NCBI RefSeq assembly: GCF_000027125.1
Contig: NC_017626.1
From: Escherichia coli 042
GTDB lineage: Bacteria > Pseudomonadota > Gammaproteobacteria > Enterobacterales > Enterobacteriaceae
DNA length: 64,000 nt
Direction: 5' to 3' (one strand)
In this document: piece by piece, positions 12,824 to 22,556 of the stretch
Position numbering within the stretch: the stretch's first letter is position 1
Layout of the letters: the number at the start of each line of letters is the position of its first letter
Notes under the pieces: model-generated
What the model was told of the DNA's origin: nothing
The model's database searches: none
What the model saw: only the letters and a program-made list of their open reading frames with translations
Made by a program: the position numbers and the translations under genes

Positions 12824-12868
12824 TTTCTTCTTCATTTATCCCCGTCTTATCCGTTTCCGCTTTGCCCT

Positions 12869-13630
12869 TCACCACATCACTTTTTGTCGCTGTTTGGCGA
12901 GATAATTCAACGGTGTCAGGCCGTAAAACGCCTTAAAAACAGAGATAAAGTACGACGTGCTGCTATAGCCACATAATTGCGCTACCTGAGTGATATTTTT
13001 GTTATCCATCAATAACATCTGTACGGCGTAACGCATACGACACTCTGTGACAATCTGGCTATAGCTGGTATTTTCGTTTTTTAATTTCTTTTTGAGCAGG
13101 CTGGGGCTTAAACATAGCGAACTGGCGACAATTCGCAGATTCCAGTAATGCTGAATATCGCTTTGAATAATGCGGCAGACGCTGTCGCGGACGCTGCTGC
13201 GTAAGATATACATCAGTAGGGCAATAAACCGCGATTGCTCAAGAAAGTTAGACAATACGGTAAAAAGCAATGCGCGCGTCAACTCCGCTTCGCAGGGTTT
13301 GCTGGGTTGCTGCTTGCTGTGGTTGGCGGCTAGCCGGAACACTTCCGGTGTACGGCTATGACAAGCGATAACCGGGGTTGCCAGCCGCGACCAGGGCTTT
13401 ACACAGGTTAAGTTCTTATTTAAAAACAACAGATAATCGTTGATGATGTTGCGGTTGATGTGGGTGATTAATACGTGATTTAACGTTGAGAGTTCAATGA
13501 CGTTATTGTTGCACGCGAAGGCGGCCAGGTAATTTTTCGGAAGGGTAAACGTGGCATGGTTATTGACGCTTACCTCTACCTCTTTTTCGGTCAGGATCAC
13601 CACGCAAGGTTCACTGCTGCTCAATTGCAT
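12869..13630 (-). CDS. envY: AraC-family transcriptional regulator, EnvY-like
   Basis: 253 aa ORF with C-terminal AraC-type HTH; length and position upstream of ybcH-nfrA match envY. Confidence 0.75.
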   Translation of the reverse strand: MQLSSSEPCVVILTEKEVEVSVNNHATFTLPKNYLAAFACNNNVIELSTLNHVLITHINRNIINDYLLFLNKNLTCVKPWSRLATPVIACHSRTPEVFRLAANHSKQQPSKPCEAELTRALLFTVLSNFLEQSRFIALLMYILRSSVRDSVCRIIQSDIQHYWNLRIVASSLCLSPSLLKKKLKNENTSYSQIVTECRMRYAVQMLLMDNKNITQVAQLCGYSSTSYFISVFKAFYGLTPLNYLAKQRQKVMW

Positions 13631-13812
13631 TTCGCACTCCTCAGATATCAGAAACTCCGCTCAAAGGATCTATGCTTCCTGCATGAGTGATCGGCCCGTT
13701 CGCCGATAACGATCTTCTTTCTTTAGCACGCTTTTTAGCAATTAATCTTGATGGAATTCTGACGAGAGCGAAAGAGGTAAGCCAGGTCGTACCCGACTTA
13801 CCTGGAGGAGAT

Positions 13813-14703
13813 TTAATACTCGAGAATGCCGTGCGCAACGGGCAAATAGCGCAGAGAGAAATAGAGCGTGTCTTTACCGCAAGAGGAACGTTTCGCTAAC
13901 AGCGAGGCGATCTCTGCATCCGGTTTCGGTTTCGCTGTAAAGGTTTTACCTTTGCCGGCGACAAACAGTTCATAAACAATGCCGCTGGCAGGGGCGGAAC
14001 TTTGGCAATCGGCGCTGGCCTGTAGATAACGTTCACGCTGTTCAGCGGTAAGTTTATTCACGCCGCTGCCATCCTGTACCCAGACATTAACGCCGGTTGT
14101 TTTAACTTGTTCCAGCAGTTGGCGATAGCCATCGGGCGACATGTTTCCGGCGAAAAAACTACTGATATAAACCGGTTTTGCTGAAACATCGCTAATCAAC
14201 CGCTGCGCGTTGTTTAACCATGTCAGCAACGGTTGACGGGCGGCTTCGCTGCGCCAGTTCAGGTCGTCAATTTCCGCGCTGATGTACCAGCCATCCGGCG
14301 TTACGCCAGGCGCGGCGCTCCATAATCTGGCTTGCTGGAGATCGGCAGCCAGCAGGCGATTAAGATAGCTTTCCAGCGCCGCGGATGACTGTTTCTGGTG
14401 CATAAAAAATTCCGGATCGGCATTCAGCCCGACAATCAGCTTCAGGCCAGCCTGTTGCGCAGCTGCTGCACGCTTAAACAATAACGCGCGCTGTTCTGGC
14501 TGGGTGAATGCATCGCCGTAACGGGTCCATTGCAAAACCAGGGTATCGAAGCCTTGCAAACGTAACTGACTCATCAGCCCCTGCCACTGGGTATCGGTAA
14601 CCTGACTATCACGGTTTTGTGGTTGCCAGATAATACCTTTCATCGCAAAGGAAAAAGGGCTGACCAAAAGCAGTGTCAGCAATACGAAAATGAACTTACG
14701 CAT
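13813..14703 (-). CDS. ybcH: periplasmic protein YbcH (nfrA-associated)
   Basis: 296 aa ORF with signal peptide immediately downstream of nfrA on the same strand. Confidence 0.8.
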   Translation of the reverse strand: MRKFIFVLLTLLLVSPFSFAMKGIIWQPQNRDSQVTDTQWQGLMSQLRLQGFDTLVLQWTRYGDAFTQPEQRALLFKRAAAAQQAGLKLIVGLNADPEFFMHQKQSSAALESYLNRLLAADLQQARLWSAAPGVTPDGWYISAEIDDLNWRSEAARQPLLTWLNNAQRLISDVSAKPVYISSFFAGNMSPDGYRQLLEQVKTTGVNVWVQDGSGVNKLTAEQRERYLQASADCQSSAPASGIVYELFVAGKGKTFTAKPKPDAEIASLLAKRSSCGKDTLYFSLRYLPVAHGILEY

Positions 14704-17676
14704 TTACCAGTGCACTCCAATGGTGAGAAACGCGTTGTTGCGCTCTCCGTTACGTTGATTAATTGCCTTAAAGGTATGTTGATACTCGACGCCGAGACTG
14801 ACTTTGTGCGGCCAGGCGTCGTAGTGCGTCTCGCCGGTCCAGATATTCCAGCGGACCCCGACACCGCCAAGCTGCGCGCCCTGAGTGCCTTTATCACGAT
14901 AACCGTTGTCCTGAACGTGAGCGTAAGGCTCAATAGTCTGTCCGTTCGCCACCTTCTGATGCCAGCTGACGCGATAATCTGCCGTCCACGCCTGAATATC
15001 CTGGCGGACATATTGCGCCGCATCGAGGTACAGGTTTTGGGCAAACCAGCCTGAACCGTTCGGGTGCCATTCATCGCTGTATTTGCCGCCATTAAAGAAT
15101 GAGGCGCTGGCGCGCAGCATGGTATCGGATGCGCCATTTTGCCCGTTCAGCGGCAACTGCTGTTCGACGGCGAGGAAAAAGATCTGATCGCGCAGCGGCT
15201 TCCAGCGCAGACCGGTGCCGGACATCGGATTTTTCACCGGCATCATCACCCCGTTTTCTCCGGTATCGGCAAATACACGGCTGTAAACCGAGAGCAGGTC
15301 GCCTTCCAGCAGCATATTGCGTCCGATGCGGTACTCGGCTTCCAGTTGCCCGTAGCTACGATAGCTTTTCCCTGGCGCTGCGCCGCCGACATTATTGTTA
15401 GCGGTACTCATCGCGCCGGAACGCAAGCCGATGGAAGAATCGAAACTGAACGTCCAGCGGCGACCGACCTCCTCATGCAGACGGCGGAAATTGAAGCGTT
15501 GCTGATTTTGCTCTGGGGTCAGTGGGGTTATCAGCGCCTGATTATCAATGTCATCAATCACCAGCCGGGCGTAGTGCTGCGTCGCAGGCATGTCATCCAG
15601 ACGCTGGTTCACGTAGGCCAGTTGTCGGATAAGTGCCGGATCGTCCGGTAGCCCTTTATGCGCCTGTTCGAGCATTTCCCGCGACTGTGCGATATCACCG
15701 CTATCCCACAAGGCGTAACCGAGCGCTGCCTGGGTGTTGCTATTATTCGGCTCCAGTTCCAGCGCGGCGCGCAAATCACTCACTGCCGCTGGGACATTAT
15801 GACGTTGGCGATAAATTGTCGCCCGCGCAACGTAAGCGTTGGCAGAAGGCGCAATATTGATTGAGCGCGTGAGATCGTTCAGTGCGAGTTCCGGCTGACC
15901 AGGAATGTAACGTTGCGCATGCAGCCACCAGTAGAGGGCATTGTTTCCCAGCCCACGTTGTTCTGCCTGCTGAAGCCAGCGATCGCGAGCCGCACCATTT
16001 CCTGCCGCCTGGGCGGTATTGGCAGCAGCAAGCAGATCCTCATTGCTCATGTCGTGAAGACTGATTTTCTGCCAGGCCGCCAGTGCGGTGGCGTAGTCCT
16101 CAACCTGATACGCTTGATAGGCTACCGCACGATGTTGCCAGGCGTTCGGTTGTCGTTGTTCGGCCTGAAGCCATGCATACAACGCCACACCGGGTAGCGT
16201 GTCCCGATAACACTTTGCCAGACGGTTCCAGGCGGCGGCATCGTAGGAAGGCGACATATCGCCCAGCAAGCGAACTATTGCCGGGCAATTATCTGCAATA
16301 CCCGGCAACTGACTTTGCCACTGACGTTGCTCCGCCAGCGGTAAGGGTTTCGATAAAATCGCCACCTTCGCCGGCGTTGCCAGGTAAGGATGACTTTCCA
16401 GCAGAGACGCCAGTCGCGCCATTAAAGTCTGGCTGACACGCGCATCGCCCTGGAAAGGATAGCGTTGCAGCAATAAATCGGCAGCTTCGCGTGACTGCTC
16501 GTTCTGCATCAGTTGCCAGGTCAGTTGATCCAGGCGGGTAAGATTTGCCGGTTCTTGCTGATACAGCAATCGTGCCAGACGCAGAGCTTCAGCCTTGTTA
16601 TGGGTCGCTACGCTAACGGTATAACGCTCCTCAAGCATTTCATTGGCGGGGAGGGTGGCGAGCAGTTTTTGCGCTGCGTCGTACTGACCTTCTTTTAACA
16701 GCACCGGTAGCGTCGCGCCAACAACATACTGGCGGTTGTCGGCAAACTGTACCGTATAATTCGCCAACGCCTGAACGGGGTTGCCGCTGTATTTAGATAA
16801 CAGATAGAGCCAACTTTTCTCTTGTGCGTCCGTGGTAAATAGCGGAGTATTTTCAATGAGATAACGCTGGAGGCGTGCTTTTTCGTCACGATAAGCCAGC
16901 GCGGTCGCGTAAGTAATATATGACTGCGGATCGGTGAAGATCCCCTGTGATTGCAGCGCCAGGATCCGATCGTCCAGCTGCCCGGCAAGAAGCACATCAA
17001 ACCACTGGCGGCGTTCTGCCGCGCTTAATGTGTTCTGCTGGCGTGCTTCATTGTATAGCGTATCTGCCTGGGACCATTGCTTCAGGTAGATTGCCCGTTG
17101 CAGCAGATCGGTTCGCAGCGTTTTTCCTTCCGGCGATGCAGCAAACGTCGCATCGTTCAGTTGCGCTCTGGCGACAGGTAATTGTGCCAGCCGCAGGGCA
17201 TTCTGCCCAACTTCACTGCGACAACGCAGGGTCGGCGCAGCATCGCACGCTTTTTGCTGGGCAAGCAGTTCTTCAACTGTCGTAACGCTTTTCACTTCAA
17301 CTGGAATAGCCGCCAGACTGCGCTCAAGTCGGGCATCTCCTGGGTGACGTTTCAGTTGATCCTCAAGCAACAGCCGCGCCCGGTCATCATGACCAAAATA
17401 GCGATAGGCTTCCGCAAGGTATAAAGCCAGCGGAATATTATCCGGCACCTGCTGGTGTATATATTCAAATTCGCGGATGGCGGTTGCTTCGTCGTTATTT
17501 TTCTGTGCCTTCAGCGCCTTATCGAGACGGGGATAAATAACAAAATGGCGATAATCGCTCAGCCCCAGCTCTTCTGCGCTGGTGCCGATATTGTCTGCGA
17601 GTGCGCTGGTACTCAATAAAGACGTCAGCAGTAAACCAGACCATCCGATGACGCGATTAAGGTTATTCTCCTTCAT
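14704..17676 (-). CDS. nfrA: outer membrane TPR-repeat protein NfrA (phage N4 adsorption protein A)
   Basis: ORF 14704..17697; likely start MKENNLNRVIGWSGLLL (990 aa); TPR-rich N-terminal part and beta-rich C-terminus ending in F/W. Confidence 0.85.
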   Translation of the reverse strand: MKENNLNRVIGWSGLLLTSLLSTSALADNIGTSAEELGLSDYRHFVIYPRLDKALKAQKNNDEATAIREFEYIHQQVPDNIPLALYLAEAYRYFGHDDRARLLLEDQLKRHPGDARLERSLAAIPVEVKSVTTVEELLAQQKACDAAPTLRCRSEVGQNALRLAQLPVARAQLNDATFAASPEGKTLRTDLLQRAIYLKQWSQADTLYNEARQQNTLSAAERRQWFDVLLAGQLDDRILALQSQGIFTDPQSYITYATALAYRDEKARLQRYLIENTPLFTTDAQEKSWLYLLSKYSGNPVQALANYTVQFADNRQYVVGATLPVLLKEGQYDAAQKLLATLPANEMLEERYTVSVATHNKAEALRLARLLYQQEPANLTRLDQLTWQLMQNEQSREAADLLLQRYPFQGDARVSQTLMARLASLLESHPYLATPAKVAILSKPLPLAEQRQWQSQLPGIADNCPAIVRLLGDMSPSYDAAAWNRLAKCYRDTLPGVALYAWLQAEQRQPNAWQHRAVAYQAYQVEDYATALAAWQKISLHDMSNEDLLAAANTAQAAGNGAARDRWLQQAEQRGLGNNALYWWLHAQRYIPGQPELALNDLTRSINIAPSANAYVARATIYRQRHNVPAAVSDLRAALELEPNNSNTQAALGYALWDSGDIAQSREMLEQAHKGLPDDPALIRQLAYVNQRLDDMPATQHYARLVIDDIDNQALITPLTPEQNQQRFNFRRLHEEVGRRWTFSFDSSIGLRSGAMSTANNNVGGAAPGKSYRSYGQLEAEYRIGRNMLLEGDLLSVYSRVFADTGENGVMMPVKNPMSGTGLRWKPLRDQIFFLAVEQQLPLNGQNGASDTMLRASASFFNGGKYSDEWHPNGSGWFAQNLYLDAAQYVRQDIQAWTADYRVSWHQKVANGQTIEPYAHVQDNGYRDKGTQGAQLGGVGVRWNIWTGETHYDAWPHKVSLGVEYQHTFKAINQRNGERNNAFLTIGVHW

Positions 17677-19900
17677 TTTCGGACTCCAGTTGCGCAACCT
17701 GTTCTGTGTTTAAACCTGCTTTGAGTAATAGTGATTGCATCGAAACTTGTAATTCGCGTTGAATTGTCAGGACGCGATCCAACGTTTCCTGGCTGATAAC
17801 GCCTTCGGTGACCAAAAACTTGCCGAGCGGCAGAGAACTGCGTTCATGGCGCAATAACAACACGTTAATTGCTGAACGATTAATATGACCGAGCGTGGTC
17901 AGTATTTCGGCGAACAGGAACTGATGCGGCACATATTGCCGCCAGATTTCACCGGCCTGCTGTTCCGTGAGCCACTGATGCTGAACCGCATTGTACAACA
18001 TTGCCCGCGGATCGTGACCGCGTCGGCGCGCATACCAGTGGCGTAACCCCGTGACAATTTGTCCCCGCAGAACAATGACGTAACGCACTTTGCGTCCGAC
18101 TTTACGCGTCAGGGCCGCCAGCGAAACCGGGTCAATACCATCTTCACTGCCGACAATTAACTCATCATTTTCCAGACGCAGCGGCAGCACTGCATAATGC
18201 AGCGCCACGGAGGCCGGCATTTCGGCAATCAGTGATGAAGGGATCTGCCAGGCGTCGATCGACTCCCACGCCACGCCGTTTTGCTCTGCCAGCGCCTGTG
18301 CCAGCTGTTCGGCGCTAATCAGCCCCTGCATCAGCATTGAACCGCCCAGGCGTAGACCTTCGACGCGATTACGCAGTGCTGTATCGAGTTGTTCTTCAGT
18401 GATGACCTGATTTTCCAGCAGGATTTGACCTAACGGACGCAACGAGCGGGTATCGCCAGTCACGCTGGGGAAGTCATGCGTTGTTTTATCCCACGCGACA
18501 CGACGTGGATCGCCGTGTTGAAGTACCTGTTTTAACGCGCGCCAGTTGGCCATGAAGTTAATCAGGTTGCCCCAGAAAAGACGCAGGACAGATAGCAGCC
18601 CCTGCGTCAGGCCGTAGTAGCCAGTAACGAAAATCACCCGCTGCACGATGCGGTTAATCATCAAGCCAAAGTTTAGCCACAGCAGAGTCATTAACCATGC
18701 GCTGCCGCTGAAAATAGAAAGGAAATGCCAGGCATCGGGCCACAAACTTTCATACGCCAGCAACAGCAAAAGCTGGATCATCACCAGCATCGCGAGGAAG
18801 CTGACAAAGTTACTGATTGCCCCTTTGCGGTCGCGCCAGAGAAAGTAGTTCAGCGTCAGACTGGAGGTCCATTTGTGGGTTTTAAAGCCCTGGAAAACAA
18901 TGCCGATGATCCAGCGAGATTTTTGTCGAACCGCAGTCGAAAAGGTATCGGGGAAATATTCGCGCACGCAGATCATGTTTGACGTCCGCGCGTGCTGTAA
19001 AAATTTACGCTGCTCGCGTTCTTTGGCTTCGTCCACCACCGGAAAACGGACAAAAATTTCCGTCATACCTTTTTCTTTCAGGCGGAAACCAATGTCGTAA
19101 TCTTCAGTAAGACTCTGCACGTCGAAAGCAATACCATCACCGTCAGCTAACAGTGCGGTCACGGCGCGGCGGCTGAAACAAGTACCGACGCCTGCGCTGG
19201 GCACCTGTCCGGCGAGGGCTTCACGCACCGGAACATCTTTGCCATGCAGTTCTGAAAACTCATCAATGTAAGTCATGCTGGTGAAGTGCGTCCATTCGCG
19301 TTCGAATGGGTATACCGGGATCTGAATCAGATCTTTACGCTCGACCAGATAGTTGAACAGACGCAATTCCATCGGTGAAATTACGTCTTCGGCGTCATGC
19401 AGAATAAAACCAGCAAAAGCGAAATTGGCGCTACGCTCAAACTGGGTGATGGCGTCCAGCACGTTGTTCAGGCAGTCGGCTTTGCTGGTGGGGCCAGGAC
19501 GCGCGCAGACTACCTTATGCACGTTTGGGAAGCGAGCGCACACTTCGTCAACATCACGCTGAGTATCGGGGTCGTTGGGGTAGGTGCCAACAAAGATATG
19601 ATAGTTTTCATAGTCGAGCGTGGTCGCCGCCAGCTCGGCCATATTGCCGATGACGCCCGTTTCATTCCACGCCGGAACCATAATCGCTAACGGTTTTTCA
19701 TCTGGTTTATACAGTTCGCGGTAACTCATTCGCGGGTAGCGGCGATAAACACTCAACTTGCGTTTAATGCGGCGTACCCAGTAGACGACATCAATAAAAA
19801 AATCGTCCAGCCCGCTGATGAACATGATGACCGCTAACGTTATCGCGATTACTTTTAAGCCGTAGAGCCAGGTAGCAAAAACATCAAGAAGCCAGTCCAC
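17663..19900 (-). CDS. nfrB: inner membrane glycosyltransferase NfrB (phage N4 adsorption protein B)
   Basis: 745 aa ORF, family-2 glycosyltransferase-like N-terminal region with TM segments; overlaps nfrA start. Confidence 0.9.
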   Translation of the reverse strand: MDWLLDVFATWLYGLKVIAITLAVIMFISGLDDFFIDVVYWVRRIKRKLSVYRRYPRMSYRELYKPDEKPLAIMVPAWNETGVIGNMAELAATTLDYENYHIFVGTYPNDPDTQRDVDEVCARFPNVHKVVCARPGPTSKADCLNNVLDAITQFERSANFAFAGFILHDAEDVISPMELRLFNYLVERKDLIQIPVYPFEREWTHFTSMTYIDEFSELHGKDVPVREALAGQVPSAGVGTCFSRRAVTALLADGDGIAFDVQSLTEDYDIGFRLKEKGMTEIFVRFPVVDEAKEREQRKFLQHARTSNMICVREYFPDTFSTAVRQKSRWIIGIVFQGFKTHKWTSSLTLNYFLWRDRKGAISNFVSFLAMLVMIQLLLLLAYESLWPDAWHFLSIFSGSAWLMTLLWLNFGLMINRIVQRVIFVTGYYGLTQGLLSVLRLFWGNLINFMANWRALKQVLQHGDPRRVAWDKTTHDFPSVTGDTRSLRPLGQILLENQVITEEQLDTALRNRVEGLRLGGSMLMQGLISAEQLAQALAEQNGVAWESIDAWQIPSSLIAEMPASVALHYAVLPLRLENDELIVGSEDGIDPVSLAALTRKVGRKVRYVIVLRGQIVTGLRHWYARRRGHDPRAMLYNAVQHQWLTEQQAGEIWRQYVPHQFLFAEILTTLGHINRSAINVLLLRHERSSLPLGKFLVTEGVISQETLDRVLTIQRELQVSMQSLLLKAGLNTEQVAQLESENEGE

Positions 19901-20236
19901 ACAAAAACCTTACATTAACGCTGGTTATGTTTAGGGTGGCGTATATTAAGGTTTTTTATGAATTGTGACAGCTTTTTACCATTAATAGGTATGACTATTG
20001 CGGCACGTTATTTTTACACTGGTTATAAAAGTTGCCGTTTGCGTAGAATGTAGACAAAAGCGTGGTGTCAAGGAGGGGCGGTAAACGTCATAGTGAAGAG
20101 GAGTGGTGGCACCGATCAGGTCATCATGTAGTGTAAGCGTCTGGAGGAGGTGAGCAGGGGAGATCATTTTCCCCGTGCTGAACAAAAAGACGGCGTTGCT
20201 GTGGGTACAGGAAGGCTAACTTCATTTCTCTTTAGA

Positions 20237-20773
20237 TTATTTAAGTTTAATATTCAACCAGGAAATAAAGAACGTTAAAATAACAAAGGAAAAAACAATC
20301 AAAGAGACATTCCTGAAAAATACGTGCTCATAAAAAAGATAAAAAACGTACAAAATTGGGCACGCAACTTTCAGGACGTTTATATGTTTAGAATTCTCTT
20401 TATCTTTAAAGTTAAAATTACATAAAAATATAAAGAAATATGAAAGCATGGCTGAAAACATCATTGATAAGGCGCGATATGGCAGTCCTGAATTAAAGGT
20501 TTCGACTCCTAATAATATTGTCGATAGCGTTGCAATTATAATTGCCACTTTTTTACTAGAGGTGAAAGTAACGACAAAAAATATCAATGATATAAATAAG
20601 AAAGAAAAAAATATGTAAATATTTGTTGATATATGTACTTTATGAGGAACTGTAAAATAGGTATAACTGATTGTAATTATGATGGTAATTATTCTGTATA
20701 GCATGCATGCTAACAGGCCAATCAGTAGTTTGTTCGCAAATTTATAAGGGGATTCGCTATTGGTTGATTGCAT
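20237..20773 (-). CDS. hypothetical multi-pass membrane protein (low GC, island-borne)
   Basis: 178 aa ORF dominated by I/L/F/V stretches consistent with ~5 TM helices; strongly AT-rich codon usage unlike flanking core genes. Confidence 0.6.
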   Translation of the reverse strand: MQSTNSESPYKFANKLLIGLLACMLYRIITIIITISYTYFTVPHKVHISTNIYIFFSFLFISLIFFVVTFTSSKKVAIIIATLSTILLGVETFNSGLPYRALSMMFSAMLSYFFIFLCNFNFKDKENSKHINVLKVACPILYVFYLFYEHVFFRNVSLIVFSFVILTFFISWLNIKLK

Positions 20774-20837
20774 GGTTATTATGCTCTTGAATTGTGTATT
20801 TTATTGGAATGTTTCTTGGTTAACTAAAACAATGCAT

Positions 20838-21266
20838 TTAATAGGTGGTGGTGTAAATATCAATGTCATACTCATTATCACAGACTACTATTACTCTACG
20901 AGTTATGTCAAAAAATAACGTTAAATCATAGGTTCCCTGTTCTCTGAAAATACTCTGCGCAAATGACGTGAAATTATTCCCATTTATAACTATTTTTACT
21001 TTACCTTCATAGATAAGCCAGCAACGAAAACATTCAGCTGTACCAGATAATGTCACTATCTGACTGATTAGAAGATTTATATTTACCGGATGAGGTAAAA
21101 AAAGTCTGTCGTTGAGGCAATCAATATTATGTGTTTGATGAAACTCTTTTCTCATTAATGAAGAGTTATCATATAGCAGGGTTATACTAAACGAGTCAAT
21201 TCCGTCAAGCTTTTGCATAAATTTGTTTGCTTTATAAATAAGCAACTTTGCTTGTGTTTTTGTCAT
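20838..21266 (-). CDS. hypothetical protein (island-borne, candidate orphan immunity protein)
   Basis: 142 aa ORF, AT-rich, tightly spaced with neighbours on the same strand. Confidence 0.5.
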   Translation of the reverse strand: MTKTQAKLLIYKANKFMQKLDGIDSFSITLLYDNSSLMRKEFHQTHNIDCLNDRLFLPHPVNINLLISQIVTLSGTAECFRCWLIYEGKVKIVINGNNFTSFAQSIFREQGTYDLTLFFDITRRVIVVCDNEYDIDIYTTTY

Positions 21267-21293
21267 GATGGTGATCTTTTATGCAAGGGGGAA

Positions 21294-21740
21294 TTATTGG
21301 AATTCAAATGTTTTATATTCCTCTGTAATCATCTTTAAACTTAACATAGCCATGTCTCGGGTATCTTCATCATCAGATTGTAGAGAAATATTTAATCCTT
21401 TAATTAAGGTGTTATCGGGAAAAGCCATTGCCAATAATGTATACCAACATCGGACACTTTTTATTGTCAGAGGATTTTCCAGTATGTTGGCGATATTTGA
21501 AGCTATAATGTTTTTATCACACTTGTACAAAAAATCTTCGACCAACTGATATACACCGAAGCCATCACCTTCCCCAAACGATTGTAAAAATAACGGTATG
21601 GCTTCTTCAGCAGGATTTGCAGAAAAATAAAGCCTTACATTGTTATATTTATTGATAAGTTCCTGAGTGATGTCATAATCATTTGGCATAGGTTGGTTTA
21701 GAGCAAGGAATGCTAATGCTTCTTTTTTAGTCATATTCAT
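21294..21740 (-). CDS. hypothetical protein (island-borne, candidate orphan immunity protein)
   Basis: 148 aa ORF, AT-rich, 27 bp from upstream and downstream ORFs. Confidence 0.5.
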   Translation of the reverse strand: MNMTKKEALAFLALNQPMPNDYDITQELINKYNNVRLYFSANPAEEAIPLFLQSFGEGDGFGVYQLVEDFLYKCDKNIIASNIANILENPLTIKSVRCWYTLLAMAFPDNTLIKGLNISLQSDDEDTRDMAMLSLKMITEEYKTFEFQ

Positions 21741-21767
21741 AATGGTTAATATTGCTTGCTGGAAGAA

Positions 21768-22313
21768 TTAAGGTAAAAATGGTTCATAGACAGAATTAAA
21801 TAGGAAGTCTTGTTTCCAGATAACTTTATCATGAAAAAGAGATTTGGCTTGATGCGTATAAAGATTATGAGGATAAATAGTTTCTCCACCATAAATGATG
21901 TTCTTTCCCGTTACACCGGAGAATTCATTGGCTATAATCTGTCGTTTAAGCCAGTGAATGACTTTACATAAGCATATTAATTTATCCTTAGAATCAGTTG
22001 TGTTAATTTCAGTAAGTTGTAAAATCTTTTCCCCATTATACTCAACTAAATGCCCCGGCTTTATTTCAATTCAACCACAATAACGATCAATGCTACTAAA
22101 CTTTATTCTTCTATTGTTAGGTTTAATGCTGGGCATAAGATAAATTCGATGTGCTACGGCAGGGATCTTTTCTGTTAAGACATTTAATTGCTTAGAGTAT
22201 TCATCTTGTAGTGTAAACCAAATTGAATGTAATTTGTATTTTGAGGCTACAATCGCGAGCCAATTAGACAGTTCCTCGTTCGTGCAAAAAACATTTATCC
22301 TGGCAGTTGCCAT
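21768..22313 (-). pseudogene. hypothetical gene interrupted by an in-frame TGA (80-codon ORF plus ~100 stop-free codons in the same frame)
   Basis: ORF 22071..22313 ends at TGA; manual translation of the same frame continues IEIKPGHLVEYNGEKILQ...SVYEPFLP to a TAA at ~21768 with no start codon, which is unlikely by chance in AT-rich DNA. Confidence 0.4.
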
Positions 22314-22346
22314 TCGTAATCCTTTTTATATAAGATTGTGTGAATG

Positions 22347-22556
22347 TCACCGAAACAACTTGATATGAATAAAATAGCTAAAGCGAAATGGATGACGTGT
22401 TACTAAAAAACCATTCTGAAAAGGAAGCCTGAATAAACGCGATGACGAAACTTCCACTCTCCATGTTTCATCAGAAAAATAACTAAATTCGATGTGGTTT
22501 TCATATAATCTCATTTCACGTAAGGTTCCGCTACCATAAGGGACCGCAATCAGGGA
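22347..22556 (-). pseudogene. short remnant ORF abutting the H-repeat end (possible truncated toxin-tip coding sequence)
   Basis: 78-aa ORF 22347..22583 whose 5' end lies inside the H-rpt terminus; the equivalent position next to H-rpt copy 2 holds a toxin-domain fragment. Confidence 0.25.

Noticed and set aside
15099-17424. Multiple plus-strand ORFs (60-170 aa) inside nfrA
   Set aside because: All lie antisense within the 990-codon nfrA gene; artefacts of long GC-rich coding sequence
19982-20185. 67 aa minus-strand ORF in the nfrB upstream region
   Set aside because: Short, no recognisable features; lies in the probable nfrB promoter and island junction
21265-21549. 94 aa plus-strand ORF in the low-GC cluster
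   Set aside because: Overlaps the better-supported minus-strand 148 aa ORF; AT-rich DNA gives chance ORFs
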